NCBI GenBank assembly: GCA_040437565.1
Contig: JBDOQK010000002.1
Span: 806,001-870,000, forward strand
DNA from: Albugo candida
Lineage: Eukaryota
Direction of reading: 5' to 3'
DNA length: 64,000 nt
Shown here: one piece after another, positions 24,701 to 37,083 of the stretch
Numbering within the stretch: position 1 is the stretch's first letter
How the letters are laid out: every line of letters starts with the position of its first letter
The notes under the pieces: generated by a model
Database searches by the model: none
What the model saw: the letters and a program-made list of their open reading frames with translations, nothing else
What the model was told of the DNA's origin: nothing
Made by a program: the position numbers and the translations under genes

Positions 24701-27376
24701 CCTTGGGTTCTCTTATCGTCGGTGACACCTTCTTAGTCCTAAATAGATCATCGAAGGTCACAAGACTAAATGTGACACAGACGTTCTCCTATTTCTCGTC
24801 TTGGATTTTAAGTAATCACGAGTGGAAAGATTCAACGGTATTAGAAGATAGTCTTAGCTCTGACTTAACTCTTCGGATCTCCGATGTGCTTCTTGGAGCG
24901 AAAGTAAGCGTGGATGATTTGCTGATAACGCACGAAGAATCACCAAATGTGTCATCACAAGAGCCTGTCCCACAATCACTCGGGTCACTTTCCTCCCTTC
25001 AATGGATTCCGCACGTAACACTGCTGATAGATACAAATGCTGACCCTGTATGGCACGGTCAGATGTGTCTGCTTTCGGAAGGATTCGCGTTCAAATCCTC
25101 TCACTTTTGTCTGTTTTGGATTTCTTTTTCGAAAGATGTCAGGCATTGCAAGCTATTCAAGACCCCACATGAAGATCTGTCTGTTTTGGTGCTGAGCTTG
25201 AATCCTAAAAACCCAATCAGCGAAGTATTTCCGTTCGAGTTGAATGAACCCTTCCAGCTTGGTATCCCTGTGCTTGCTCAATCAAGATTTCAGAAATTCA
25301 TCGTGAGGGCTTTGGAGTGCTGGAAAAGCGCCGCACGTGCGCATGATATACCATTCGAGCGAGTAGACGGAGATACTATACGAGCTTCGATATTCACCTC
25401 GATGGCAGACTTGGGCCATGAAGCACACGAAATGAGCCCGAGTATTCAGTCTGGTGGGAAAAAATGGTATACCGTTCAGAAAGGGAATCGTTTGATCGAT
25501 TACACTCAGGCAGAGAGTATAAGAAAGATTTTCCCCAACTTTACAAAACCCCACATTTCTTTGAGAAAAACTACTATCAATTCGAAGCTGGCAGCAGAAA
25601 TATCTATTATTGTTGTAATTGGACTACCAGGAAGTGGTTGTACTAGTGTGGCGGGTCAAATTTGTGAGATGGGATCAGACAATACATACTGGACGCATAT
25701 TGATATTGACATACGAGATCTTAGTCGTCGAGAGCAGCATCCGACCAGTTCTTCTCTGCAGACTTTGATTCAAAAACGGCTGGATCATGCATTGAAGTCC
25801 GACAAAGAAGAAGCAGAGCCGCAGAAGCGTCGGAAGATTCTGCTGAGTATGACGGGATATTTGGATGTCGTTTGCCTTTGCGGCTGTCTCAAGCGATCTA
25901 TTGATGAACTTTCGTCGAAAGTCTGTCTTCAGCTGGGTGCTGTCATTACATGTGTGAACCTTCACAACTTGTATCGACCTGATCCCACAAAAGCAGATTC
26001 TCCACTTCCTTATTTGATGGATCAACTGTCAGCCGGTTTTACAACAGGAATAGTGGTAGTACATGCGTTAGAGGCTCAGGGAGACTTGGTTATGTTCCGC
26101 AATCGAGTCAATATGTGTAATCCATTTGCAGAAGTGCATCTGATCCCTTACAATGCCTTCCAAAGCTCTGTAGCATCACTTGTGAACGAGAATGCCTTTC
26201 ACGCGAAACCGGTTCAACAGCTACGAGAATTATTTTATCAAGATTGGGAAACAAAGACGTCAACCAAACCATCCAATCCTCACTTTTGTCTCGAGACAGC
26301 CAGTTTTCAGCTCAAGCCAGGCATGCAATCATCAACGTTCATCGGCATTGTTCGAGATAAACTGACTCCGTTCTCTCAGGCAAAGAAGGAAGTGCTGAGA
26401 ATGAACTCCTCAGTATTTCCGGCTGGCACAGGAAAACGCGACGATTTTGCATCGAGTGCGTACTACTTTCATCGTTCATGTTGGTGTGTGGAAGGAACAC
26501 TCTTCTTCTCTGATGATTCTTCATCGTNNNNNNNNNNNNNNNNNNNNNNNNNNNNNNNNNNNNNNNNNNNNNNNNNNNNNNNNNNNNNNNNNNNNNNNNN
26601 NNNNNNNNNNNNNNNNNNNNNNNNNNNTGTCTCGAGACAGCCAGTTTTCAGCTCAAGCCAGGCATGCAATCATCAACGTTCATCGGCATTGTTCGAGATA
26701 AACTGACTCCGTTCTCTCAGGCAAAGAAGGAAGTGCTGAGAATGAACTCCTCAGTATTTCCGGCTGGCACAGGAAAACGCGACGATTTTGCATCGAGTGC
26801 GTACTACTTTCATCGTTCATGTTGGTGTGTGGAAGGAACACTCTTCTTCTCTGATGATTCTTCATCGTTGAAACGATTTGTTTCGACCGGAACGTATTAT
26901 AGTCTTATCGACGTGCATTCAGAGAAACAACACCTGGATGAGCGTCCAAGAATCAGTATCACAGCTCCGAGTTCATTATTGCCAGAAGAAGATGCTTTGC
27001 ATGAATTATTGGCGAGTTGTTATCATTTAAAGGAAGAGAGCATGCCAACGTATAGAGATCGCTCCTCAATAACACTCGAAGAAAAGAGAGCCTTGCAGAC
27101 AGAACATGTAAGCTTATTATCTGGGTGATTCAGTCATGCTTTTGACCGCTTTCGTTTCCAACATAATAGGCTCTCGATCCCCTTCCTCATGACTTCATGT
27201 ATGACGGCCAATTTTACGTCAATTTTTCTGGAGAACGACTAGCATTCCATCCTCAAATGGACCAAATCATTGAAGAATATCTTGCCGTGGAAAATGAGAA
27301 GACACGGGAAGAAGTCTCTAAGTTCGCTCAGATGAAAAAGGAAAGTCGTAGCAACATCAAAAGATTCGTACCGTGA
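21753..27376 (+). CDS. DNAAF9: DNAAF9/Shulin (C20orf194) homolog, outer dynein arm assembly factor
   Basis: N-terminal DGILVIGGIDSLY, IEKWPLIQSFA, RTYF, CobW-like P-loop IGLPGSG...LGAVITCV, and last exon (27170-27376) PLPHDFMYDGQFYVNFSGERLAFHPQMDQIIEEY resembling the C20orf194 C-terminus. Start is approximate; contains two gap-flanking duplications. Confidence 0.82.
21889..24444. repeat. Gap-flanking duplication (assembly overlap), largest of nine
   Basis: 21889-23116 is repeated at 23217-24444 across a 100-N gap. The same pattern occurs at gaps 1133, 5188, 13372, 26528, 34297, 50434, 54289 and 61835. Confidence 0.92.
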
Positions 27377-27553
27377 CCGTATCTTGAAACTTTTTTGCTA
27401 TGCCGCACTCAAGCAAGGTTTCTTCTTCAAGTGCTTGGGGTAATGACCGAGGCTAAATATAAATTCCTTCCTGTTGTATATCTTATCCAGGCGATGTGTA
27501 CGCTAAAGCTCTGCACAATCAAGATAATAAACAGCGAAGAAGGAGCTTTCACT

Positions 27554-27840
27554 ATGGCGTCAAGTGTTAAACGAAAGGAGGAGAAAACTGGTTTACAAAA
27601 TAAAAGGAATGAAGGCCTGCCTGTTTATTTAGAGCCATTAGAGCACACACCAAAAGCAGAAAACGACATTGAAGTGCTCCCTTTGTCAAAGGTAAATCGG
27701 ACACATATATTTACACATCACGCATCCATATTTATGTTCTGTCTTAGCACCCCAAGTATCATCGTGAATCGTCAAGGTACTTTAAGACTAGACCGGTTTT
27801 TCTACAAAGCCTTGGACCAACGCCTCAATTCGTTGAATAA
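27554..27840 (+). CDS. Small orphan protein (76 aa), 2 exons
   Basis: ATG 27554, intron 27692-27747 (GTAAAT...CTTAG), in-frame second exon HPKYHRESSRYFKTRPVFLQSLGPTPQFVE*. Confidence 0.45.
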
Positions 27841-28066
27841 TTTTTGGCTCGCGTGTATGTACAAGTGGATGCGGCACTCTTAATACAATGGCGTTCGCGT
27901 TTAAGCTCTAGAATTTTACCTCTTCTTTATTCCCCTTCCGAGTCGCTAAAGTCCCTACAAAGCAAACCCCCATCAGGTGTAATTGTATCAAACTCGTGAA
28001 TGCTCTCTGAAATATTTGCTTGTCCTTGAGTCGTGACAATAAATGTAACGATGATTGTCGATCCAG

Positions 28067-28756
28067 TTAAAATTTTGATACAAGCAGCTTCAATGTGTGT
28101 TCTCTGGCTTTTATGCCGAAGAGTGGTTTGTTTTGTCGGCAAAGATCGTTCTAGTTCCCAGTGATTGATCAACCAGTCAGACGCTTCGATGTCCTACTCA
28201 AAATTCACCCACAATTCTCCGTCACCAATCCATCATCCAATTTTGGTTCGCTCATAGCAGTCGCATTGTTGCCAACAAGCTGCTGATGTTCACTGATGGG
28301 TGCCAGAATCCCTTTAGCTTTGAATCACTACTTAACATGCCAACTGATCCATTGCACTTCGATTGGCTACATTTTGAGCGCGTCCAAGAAGATTCAACCA
28401 GCGTCATCGATATTGGGATGACAAATTGGTGTTTGGAACAGTAGTTGAGGGGGGGGGTTCAAACGGATACCTGCAATGGTGTATTGTGCGTACCAAACAT
28501 GTCTCATAGCTGAATTACCTTCCTGGAATTTGAGTACTGACTTCAATGATACCATATTCATACGTTGAACCTCTCGGGCCGCTGATTTCTATCAACATGG
28601 CAGCACAACCACAGTACATATATATAGCGATGTCAACGAAGTACGAGCGAACTCTTAATTTGTCAAATTTGACTTTTACGGGCCATGCGCAGACTCCTTA
28701 CTATCTCATAGCATTTCTATCTCTGTATGCACTTGTCCTTGCGTCACGGATCTCAT
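28067..28756 (-). pseudogene. UBE2T: UBE2T-like ubiquitin-conjugating enzyme E2 pseudogene with introns retained
   Basis: Reconstructed exons read MRSVTQGQVHTEIEML*..GVCAWPV..DKL / QISGPRGSTYEYG..IPGR / YPFEP(fs)QLLFQTPICHPNIDDAG*IFLDALKM*P / GFWHPSVNISSLLATMRL(fs)MSEPKLDDGLVTE / RQNKPLFGIKAREHT. At least 3 stops, at least 2 frameshifts, and the catalytic Cys codon is TTC (Phe). Confidence 0.88.
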
Positions 28757-28827
28757 TTTGAACCAGAAACACACGCAGATCGGTGCGGCACCGCACTTTT
28801 CAAAAAGGGGTATTTGGAGATTGTATA

Positions 28828-30167
28828 ATGGAAAAAAGTTATAGCATCGTGCGGCCGATTGGAAAAGGTGGATTTGGAAGGTAAGCTACGATCTATCAAA
28901 AGCATGCAGCTTGATACCTAAACTTCAGAAGTGTTTATCTTTGCAAGGATAAGCTGACGGATAAACTGTTCGGTATTATCTGACCTTACCCGAGTCAATT
29001 AGCGTGCAATTTTTCTTGTGCACGTATAGCGATGAAAACGATGTCCAAGTGTAAAATTGGCACAAAGGTACACAAAGAACGCCTTAATACTGAACGGGAA
29101 ATTCTGGAGACAGTCATAAACCCTTTTCTGAACAAAATCGCTCGATTCGAAGAAGATGATGAGGAATTCCGCTTCTTTTTGGAATTTATCGACGGGTTCC
29201 CGTTGTATAAATGCATTTGGAATTTTAAGGATGAGGCAGCTTTTCCGGAAGGTGTCACGAGATTTTTCGCGGCACAAATAGTGCTTGCTATTGAGGCGCT
29301 ACACTCTCGGGGATACATGCACCGTGATGTCAAAAGCGGTAATGTATTGGTCAGCAGAGCCACAGGAAACGCCACATTGATAGACTTTGGTTTGGCGAAG
29401 AATGTAAAAGATCGGACATCCTCAATTTGTGGCACGCATTACATCAGGGCCCCGGAGATGTTTTTAGATTCTTCGTACGAATATACTGCAGATTGGTGGT
29501 ATGCGAATTACTGTTTCAATATTTGTCTTTCTGATACCATTTGAGCCAAGGAGTCTCGGAGTGGTCATCTTTGAGATGATAAATGGACGTCCTCCGTGGC
29601 CATATGAATGCGTTGATGGTCCTATATCCTACTTAAGTGACATAAAGCAGGCGATTCAGGCCATCAAAGAAGGATCCTATTATGGTGGGAAATTTGCCAA
29701 TATGAGCCACGATGGCAAAAATCTGTTGAGGTCGGTAGAGTAGTTACGTAACGCGTCACTGCAGGACGTAAGCTTGTGCAATGAAGTCGATTGCTCGTAA
29801 TAAATCCAAGCCATCGTCTGGGATTCAGTGGAGCTGTTGAAGTAGGATTGTCGTGCCTCTTTCATTCTTCACTGCTGATATTGATTTGTGCAAGATCAAG
29901 ACGCATCCTTGGTTCAAGGAAATAGATTGGAACCTATTGGAGCAAGTACGTGCTGCTTATGATAGACCATTGCTGCTACCAGAAATCTAATAGGGAGAGA
30001 CGAGATCCAGCGACGCCGAAGCTCCGTACAATATTGACAGAGATTATCAAGATACTGGCGATCCCGTGAGATTCTTACGACTAGTAAATGAATCGGATGA
30101 TCAATATGCCTCAAGTGCCGAAAGCATTGACTCCGACTTGAATGCAAAGTATTTTTCAGATTTCTAG
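28828..30167 (+). CDS. AGC-group Ser/Thr protein kinase (PKA catalytic-like), multi-exon
   Basis: IGKGGFG, AMK, HRDVKSGN, DFG, GTHYIRAPE, DWW/SLG, RLG, IKTHPWF, and C-terminal hydrophobic motif YFSDF*. Confidence 0.9.
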
Positions 30168-30204
30168 TATATATGAATAAGAAGTTGCCGAGATTAGCGA
30201 TAAT

Positions 30205-31038
30205 CTATCTGCTTGATCGGAATGTTCCAAATACTTTATCCCAAAGCGCAAATCGTTTTGCATAATTCCATTTTACGTGTGTGTGGTGGAGATCATGATC
30301 ATTTGCATGTAAGCATACTGAAAGTGAATTCACTGGCGGAAACTGAGGGAAAGAATAGCCCTTCAACTCAAGTCCACAATGCCCGGCAATTTCGATGAAA
30401 GTCTTGTATGCCAGTAAAAATTCGAACTGAATTCTAGAAAATGGAAAAGACAGCATCGAAGTTAGTGTCAGCGGCAGTGTTGTAGAGATCAGCAGATCGA
30501 TCCCATCCTGCTCATAAGTTGAGAGCGCGGAAGGATGCAAGTGCCAATGGTGTCGTTTGTGTACGTTTTGATACAGCCAAGGAACGTTATGCAAAACTCT
30601 ATGAGCCAAGTAATGGAAGAAATCAAAGACCACTTCAAAAACCAGTGATTTTGGAATGAATTCTGCAAAATGAACAAGCCATATGGTCATCAAAGTCTCC
30701 TCCTCAGATATCGTTGAGCTCTGTTCAATCAAGTTGGCTGCTGTACAATACGAGATACATTCGATCGGAATAATGATCCAGAAAATTCGGTACAAAATCC
30801 TTGTTTTGTCTTCATTTTTCAAATGTTTTCGTCTTGCACCATAAAGAAATGGCTTAAATGTGGAGACCCAATGGAACCATGAAATCATTGCAAATATGCG
30901 CACCATTGTGGCAATGTACAATCCCACAATGTTCTCTGAAAACATCTGAGTTATCCAATAACTAAGTATCCCAACGCTGCAAATAAACGTATTAATTAAA
31001 ACATAATACTTGCAACGTCGAAGTATCCAACAAAGCAT
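30205..31038 (-). CDS. Fatty acid hydroxylase / sterol desaturase superfamily membrane di-iron enzyme
   Basis: His boxes DFFHYLAHRVLH, HKRHH, GHCG and HDLHH, followed by NYAKRFALWDKVFGT. Confidence 0.9.
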   Translation of the reverse strand: MLCWILRRCKYYVLINTFICSVGILSYWITQMFSENIVGLYIATMVRIFAMISWFHWVSTFKPFLYGARRKHLKNEDKTRILYRIFWIIIPIECISYCTAANLIEQSSTISEEETLMTIWLVHFAEFIPKSLVFEVVFDFFHYLAHRVLHNVPWLYQNVHKRHHWHLHPSALSTYEQDGIDLLISTTLPLTLTSMLSFPFSRIQFEFLLAYKTFIEIAGHCGLELKGYSFPQFPPVNSLSVCLHANDHDLHHTHVKWNYAKRFALWDKVFGTFRSSR

Positions 31039-31180
31039 TTGTACCAGATGAATATGACGTCACTGGCGATAACAGTACAAAGAATTACTTAGCGTAAGTT
31101 CGGACTCGAAAAACCGGCAGTCATTATATTTTAATGTCGGAATTCTGCCAACTGGAAGAAACCGTACACTTTTTATCCCA

Positions 31181-33526
31181 ATGAACGAGAATATGCGTGA
31201 TCTGCTGCCTCAGGATCATTTCCACATCGATAACGATGAAGAAGAGCTATTGTGGAATGCTCTCAACGATAACCATCATCAAACACGCGAGCTATCAACT
31301 CGAAGCGATATAAGTCAAGTTCATACACCTGATATTTCATCGAAAGAGCTACCTTCTCTTCGCTCGCATATACATTTACCTGCGATTTCTTCGATTTGTC
31401 GTGATGTGATCACATCAACTAAAATCGCTTGGGCTAAACAGCCAAACCCTTGGAGAAGTGGCAATAATAGGGCACCAAGCAGCACAAATGCACGAGATAC
31501 CAGACGTAAATCTACCTCAATGAATGTACCCGATGGTCAAGGTCGTGTGGATCATTTAGATGGGTTCCTCATCAGTTTATATAACTATTATTATCAGAAA
31601 GGATTCTGGTCCATCGTTACTGTGGAGTTTGTGAGTTTGATCACCGGATTTTTTAGCGTTTCTCTGTCAAGCTTTTTACTAGGATGTGTGGAGTGGAAAC
31701 ATCTGATACATTGTTCCAGCCGAATGAGCGAAAGTGAAGAATGTCAGCAAGATTTGGAGCATTATGTTTCATGTAAAGCCGGAATGAACCCAAGCTTCTA
31801 TCACCTTGTAGTGGCATTCTACTTTTGTACATTCTTGGTATACTGTTTCTTTCGGAGCATGCAACTGGCTCGTACTTTGCGGGAAACGAGAGAAATGGGA
31901 AAGTTCTATCATGAAAGGTACAATAAAAAGATTTTTTTGTCAACGTGACTGAACAGCCTGTATTTCAACAGACTGCATATCGACGAGCGGCAGGTACAAA
32001 CGATCACTTGGGACGAAGTAGTCGGACGTGTGTTGGATTTACTTGGTGCCAACGTCCCAAACAACGTGAAACAAATTTCATCTTATCGACTTCAAATTGA
32101 TTCAAGCCTATTATCGAATCCTCACGATTTCGCCCGTCGAATCATGCGCCGAGAAAACTATTTGACCGCGTGCATGAATCATCAAAGCTCATTCTTCCGA
32201 GGGCTCAATATACTACACCCCCGTCTACAGTTTGCGTCTATCACACAAGTCATGTTTTCTCGCAATATGGAATGTAATTTGAATATCTGTCTGGTCGATT
32301 ACATGTTTGATACCAGCAATAAGCTTTCCGATAGCTTTCTCAGCAATGTCCATACATTACAGAAGCGTTTTGTGGTCGCTGGCATCATCAATCTTGTGCT
32401 AACACCTTTCATTCTTATCTATCGCATATTTCATTTCTTTTTTGTCTCTGCCCAAGAATGGCACACGAATCGTACTCACTACTTTGGAACACGACGCTGG
32501 AGCTCATACGCTCTTTGGAAATTCAGGGAATACAATGAACTACCACACGTTTTGGACGCTCGCGTAGCAAGATCTTATCCTCTGGCAGAAAAATATTTGG
32601 CGTTGTTTCCGCCAGGAGCATTTGCGATTGTAGCAGGTGGAATCGCATTTTGTGCAAGTTCACTAATGGCAGTACTGCTTGCTGTAAGCCTACTAGAAGA
32701 ATCTATTCTACTCGAGACGACATTGTATGGTCGGCAGCTTTTATGGTATCTGACCGTGGCCACAGCATTATTCGCGTTATCTCGCTCCTTCACAGGCACC
32801 CAGTCTCCCTTTTCGCTCGAAGGAAACTGCGAAGAAGCAATGCTACAACTTAGTGGAGCTACGCATTATTTTCCGAAAGAATGGCGTGGACAATGTCATA
32901 CTTTTGAAACTCGGGACGAATTTGCATCTCTATTCCCTTACAAAGCGATTCTGTTCGCACAAGAGTGCTTGTCAGTTCTTATGGCTCCATATATATTATG
33001 TGTGTCGCTACCAAATTGTGCTCAAGAATTACTCTCATTTTTGAGCTCTCACACGCTGACGCTTCCGCATGTTGGATCTGTGTGCCGTTTTGGCGAATTC
33101 GATTTCAAGCAGTATGGAAACGATAGAAAGATGCAAAGCTCGTTCTTGAACTTTAAGCAAAACCATCCAAAATGGACTGGAGGCGAACAGGGCGAATCGC
33201 TGATGCAGCGTTTGGGCCAGCTGAAGGAAGAAGAAATGGAAAAATCAATTCGAATGACCGATACATTTTATGAGAGTCAATTTCTGACTGCATCTCAGCA
33301 ATTACTTCAGTCCCAAGCCATACATTGCGCTCTGTCCAAGCCACAAGACAATGAGTTTTACTGGTTGGAGAAGGTTCGTTCCTCTGAATTTTGTTTGTTT
33401 AGCCTATAATCATTGATTCCTGGTTGTTATACCTTGCAGTTGCAGCTTCAGTTGGCAGGACCATCTTGTCACGACGATCAAGAGGAATTGAAGCAAAATG
33501 AAGAATCCGATGATGAAGCTGTCTAA
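31181..33526 (+). CDS. ATG9: Autophagy lipid scramblase ATG9, 3 exons
   Basis: LDGFLISLYNYYYQKGF, ITWDEVV, RIMRRENYL, GTRRWSSYALWKFREYNELPH, LFPYK, VGSVCRF..FDF, KMQSSFLNF; stop at 33524-33526. Confidence 0.95.
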
Positions 33527-34484
33527 GGATAAATATACGCTATTTGCTGTTTTGCTTCGTAGTCGTCTACTGCGATTGCTTTCGTTTGTATAACACGGTA
33601 TCAAACATTCTAAACCGCACAGTCTGCGTATCTTCTGGATGATACGATTTGATGCAGCAATGAATCTTCTTCAACGACCTTGTCAGGGTTCTCACATATT
33701 TAGTAATGATTTGTCGCGACATTGTGTTGACTTTTAGGTCACAGGGTGGAAGACCGGGGAGGAAGCATTCCTTCATCAAGAGAGGTGTGAGGTTAGGAGA
33801 CAATGTGCTTTGTTGAGACATCATACCGCATCTCTACCGTATACAATCGCATCCAAAGAACCCGATTCATCTTGTAAGTGCAGAACAAACATGTAAACAA
33901 AGTCACCACAGTCCGACGCGCTACAACGCCGATCGTTTGGTTTCTTTATCATCGGAACTCAAAAAGGCTCACCTAGGCTTTGCGATATCCACGATTTCTT
34001 GCGGTGTAATACCTACGACCTGAACCAGACAGTGATACTTTTTGGGAATCGTGGTGGATTGCTGTACTTGATATAACGAATTGATGGGGACATGCTCTGT
34101 CACGCGGCAGGGAATTCTGGTCGTTATGTGATCGCTCTCATCAAGATCGCACGTGGCTTTCTGCATGGCATCAACACGCAACTGAACGTCTGGATCGAAT
34201 TCTGGCACCAGCAAAAGTGATGAAGCCTCGCGAAAATGGAGTTCGAAAAATGGTTCTCCAGCATTCGATGCAGTGATAGCGAGGTTTCGGAAGCGANNNN
34301 NNNNNNNNNNNNNNNNNNNNNNNNNNNNNNNNNNNNNNNNNNNNNNNNNNNNNNNNNNNNNNNNNNNNNNNNNNNNNNNNNNNNNNNNNNNNNNNNCAAG
34401 AGGAATTGAAGCAAAATGAAGAATCCGATGATGAAGCTGTCTAAGGATAAATATACGCTATTTGCTGTTTTGCTTCGTAGTCGT

Positions 34485-36954
34485 CTACTGCGATTGCTTT
34501 CGTTTGTATAACACGGTATCAAACATTCTAAACCGCACAGTCTGCGTATCTTCTGGATGATACGATTTGATGCAGCAATGAATCTTCTTCAACGACCTTG
34601 TCAGGGTTCTCACATATTTAGTAATGATTTGTCGCGACATTGTGTTGACTTTTAGGTCACAGGGTGGAAGACCGGGGAGGAAGCATTCCTTCATCAAGAG
34701 AGGTGTGAGGTTAGGAGACAATGTGCTTTGTTGAGACATCATACCGCATCTCTACCGTATACAATCGCATCCAAAGAACCCGATTCATCTTGTAAGTGCA
34801 GAACAAACATGTAAACAAAGTCACCACAGTCCGACGCGCTACAACGCCGATCGTTTGGTTTCTTTATCATCGGAACTCAAAAAGGCTCACCTAGGCTTTG
34901 CGATATCCACGATTTCTTGCGGTGTAATACCTACGACCTGAACCAGACAGTGATACTTTTTGGGAATCGTGGTGGATTGCTGTACTTGATATAACGAATT
35001 GATGGGGACATGCTCTGTCACGCGGCAGGGAATTCTGGTCGTTATGTGATCGCTCTCATCAAGATCGCACGTGGCTTTCTGCATGGCATCAACACGCAAC
35101 TGAACGTCTGGATCGAATTCTGGCACCAGCAAAAGTGATGAAGCCTCGCGAAAATGGAGTTCGAAAAATGGTTCTCCAGCATTCGATGCAGTGATAGCGA
35201 GGTTTCGGAAGCGAGACCAATATCGACAAAGCTCCTTTGTGAAGCCGAATAGAGTCAACGTCTCCCAGCGTGAGTCAATCTGAAGTCTCATAATCATCCC
35301 ATTTCCAGGTATATCGATTTTGCTTGCAATAAGTTGCTCGATAATCGCATCGTCTGTGCAGGCGCTGTGGCCTGTCCCGTCATGCACAAGTAGGACAGCA
35401 CAAGGCTGATTATCTGTCGGCATCTCTACATGTAAAACTCGAACCACAACGTCCACAAAGCTCTGGAAACACGAGATCTGATCGAGAGGAGTTGGTGGCG
35501 ATGTACAATTAGGCGGCAGACTCGTGTCATCTCGAAACGATGACTTTGCCCATTCTCTGGATCAAACATACTTTTACGTGAATGAAAGGCGTCATTTACC
35601 CTTTCCTGCAAGCTTACACCAGTTGTCGAATGCGAACTTCATCCGACAATGAATATGTCCAATGCTCCGACGACGTGGACTGCTGGACGTTTCCTTCGCT
35701 GTTTACGCGAGAAACCAAAAACCTCGTGGCATGGCTACATGACAACACCACGTCTGATGATCTGTGTTTGGAAGATTTTCATGGTCTTACTAGCAGACTC
35801 CTTGGAGCCGGCCATCATACTGTTGAATCTTAAGTCGATGAAAACGAATCACATCGCCAACATACTACAACAGAGATCGATAAACTCTGATCCGCCATTC
35901 AATCCACGTACCAGCACTCGTGGCATTTGCTCCAACGTGCGATAAAATACAAGAACCAGGAGAGCATCCTGTCGTTTGGGACAGCTCTCATCAGTAATGT
36001 GCACATGCATCTATCAACACCATCTCACACATGAATGCTTATCATGTTTATGTTGGAAAACGCACGTGAATATCTTTCCCGGCCGATTTCCGAGGTAATA
36101 CCATATTGACCACGACTCCGAACACATTAGCAAGGCCGGAAGAGAGATCGCTCAGGTTGGTGTAGACATATGTGTCATTGATATCAGCATCACGGAGGGT
36201 CCGTTTTCCTCGATCCCACGTGTTTTTGGTCTACGGGACAATATCTTAGATATGCGATGCCAACGTTTTAGTTTGCGAGTACATTGTCTGAAGATGTACA
36301 GCAAGAGGTAGCACCCAATTCATGTGCTCGGATTATGGTTTCTGGCAAGTATCGCAGCTGATCCGATCCTTTGACACGAAGAGGTTCTTGATACGAAAGC
36401 TCCACACTGGATCCTCTGGGAAGAGATAATGTTCGTTCTCTTGTTTTCCAGAATTCGTGAATTTTGCGTAGAAGAGAGCGCTCCGCAACAACAACGCAGC
36501 TCTGTGGTTCTTGGCTGTCTTCATCCGCGAGCCATGGTAGAAGCATCAGCCCATGTCCCTTGAGCTGGATTTTATACTAAAAAAACAGAATCAGTATGAT
36601 TGCAAGTGAGCATGCTTAAAAAGCTTGATCTGATACGTGGCGCTGAAAATGCTGCGCTTTGCTAGCCCAAATGTCATACAAAAAGATCAATACGTTCTCA
36701 GAAGCGCTGCGTAAGGATCAGAGCAAGTAGTAAGGAAGGAGAGGAAGAGGACATTTGAAGCATGAGTAAAAGAGGATATTTGTCTCCATTTGTATTGCAA
36801 CTACAAGCGACGCAACGGATGCACCCGGACCATAGCCAGGTCCAAAAGTTGATGGAGGTTGCTCATGTATACATTCTTCCGGGATTTCTACAAGTGGATA
36901 TGCGTGCTTCACGATGCCTTCGAGCTGAAAAACTGGATGGTTTAAGCGAGCCAT
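34485..36954 (-). CDS. POT1: Telomere single-strand binding protein POT1, multi-exon; 3' part duplicated at 33567-34296 by assembly overlap
   Basis: OB1: YVYTNLSDL...NVFGVVVNMVLPRKSAGKD, ITDES, GDVIRFHRLKIQQY. OB2: DVVVRVLHV...LLVHDGTG. C-terminus: FLPGLPP...CCIKSY...FRMFDT. The start at 36954 assumes the upstream exons belong to this gene. Confidence 0.85.
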
Positions 36955-37083
36955 TTTTGCGTCACAGTTTGCTAGGTCTTTCTTCATATTACATAACCTC
37001 GTAGAACCGATGAGAGGATTGGAAGTGCTGTTTAGCTGTTTTCGAATAATCTTCCCTTTCAATAATGATACCGGTAGGGCTAT

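Noticed and set aside
27927-28172. 81-aa minus-strand ORF as an independent gene
   Set aside because: It has no ATG start and overlaps the last UBE2T pseudo-exon in another frame.
28240-28460. In-frame TGA/TAG in the E2-like sequence as stop readthrough, selenocysteine or an alternative genetic code
   Set aside because: They co-occur with frameshifts and loss of the catalytic Cys, and neighbouring genes use TGA, TAG and TAA as normal stops.
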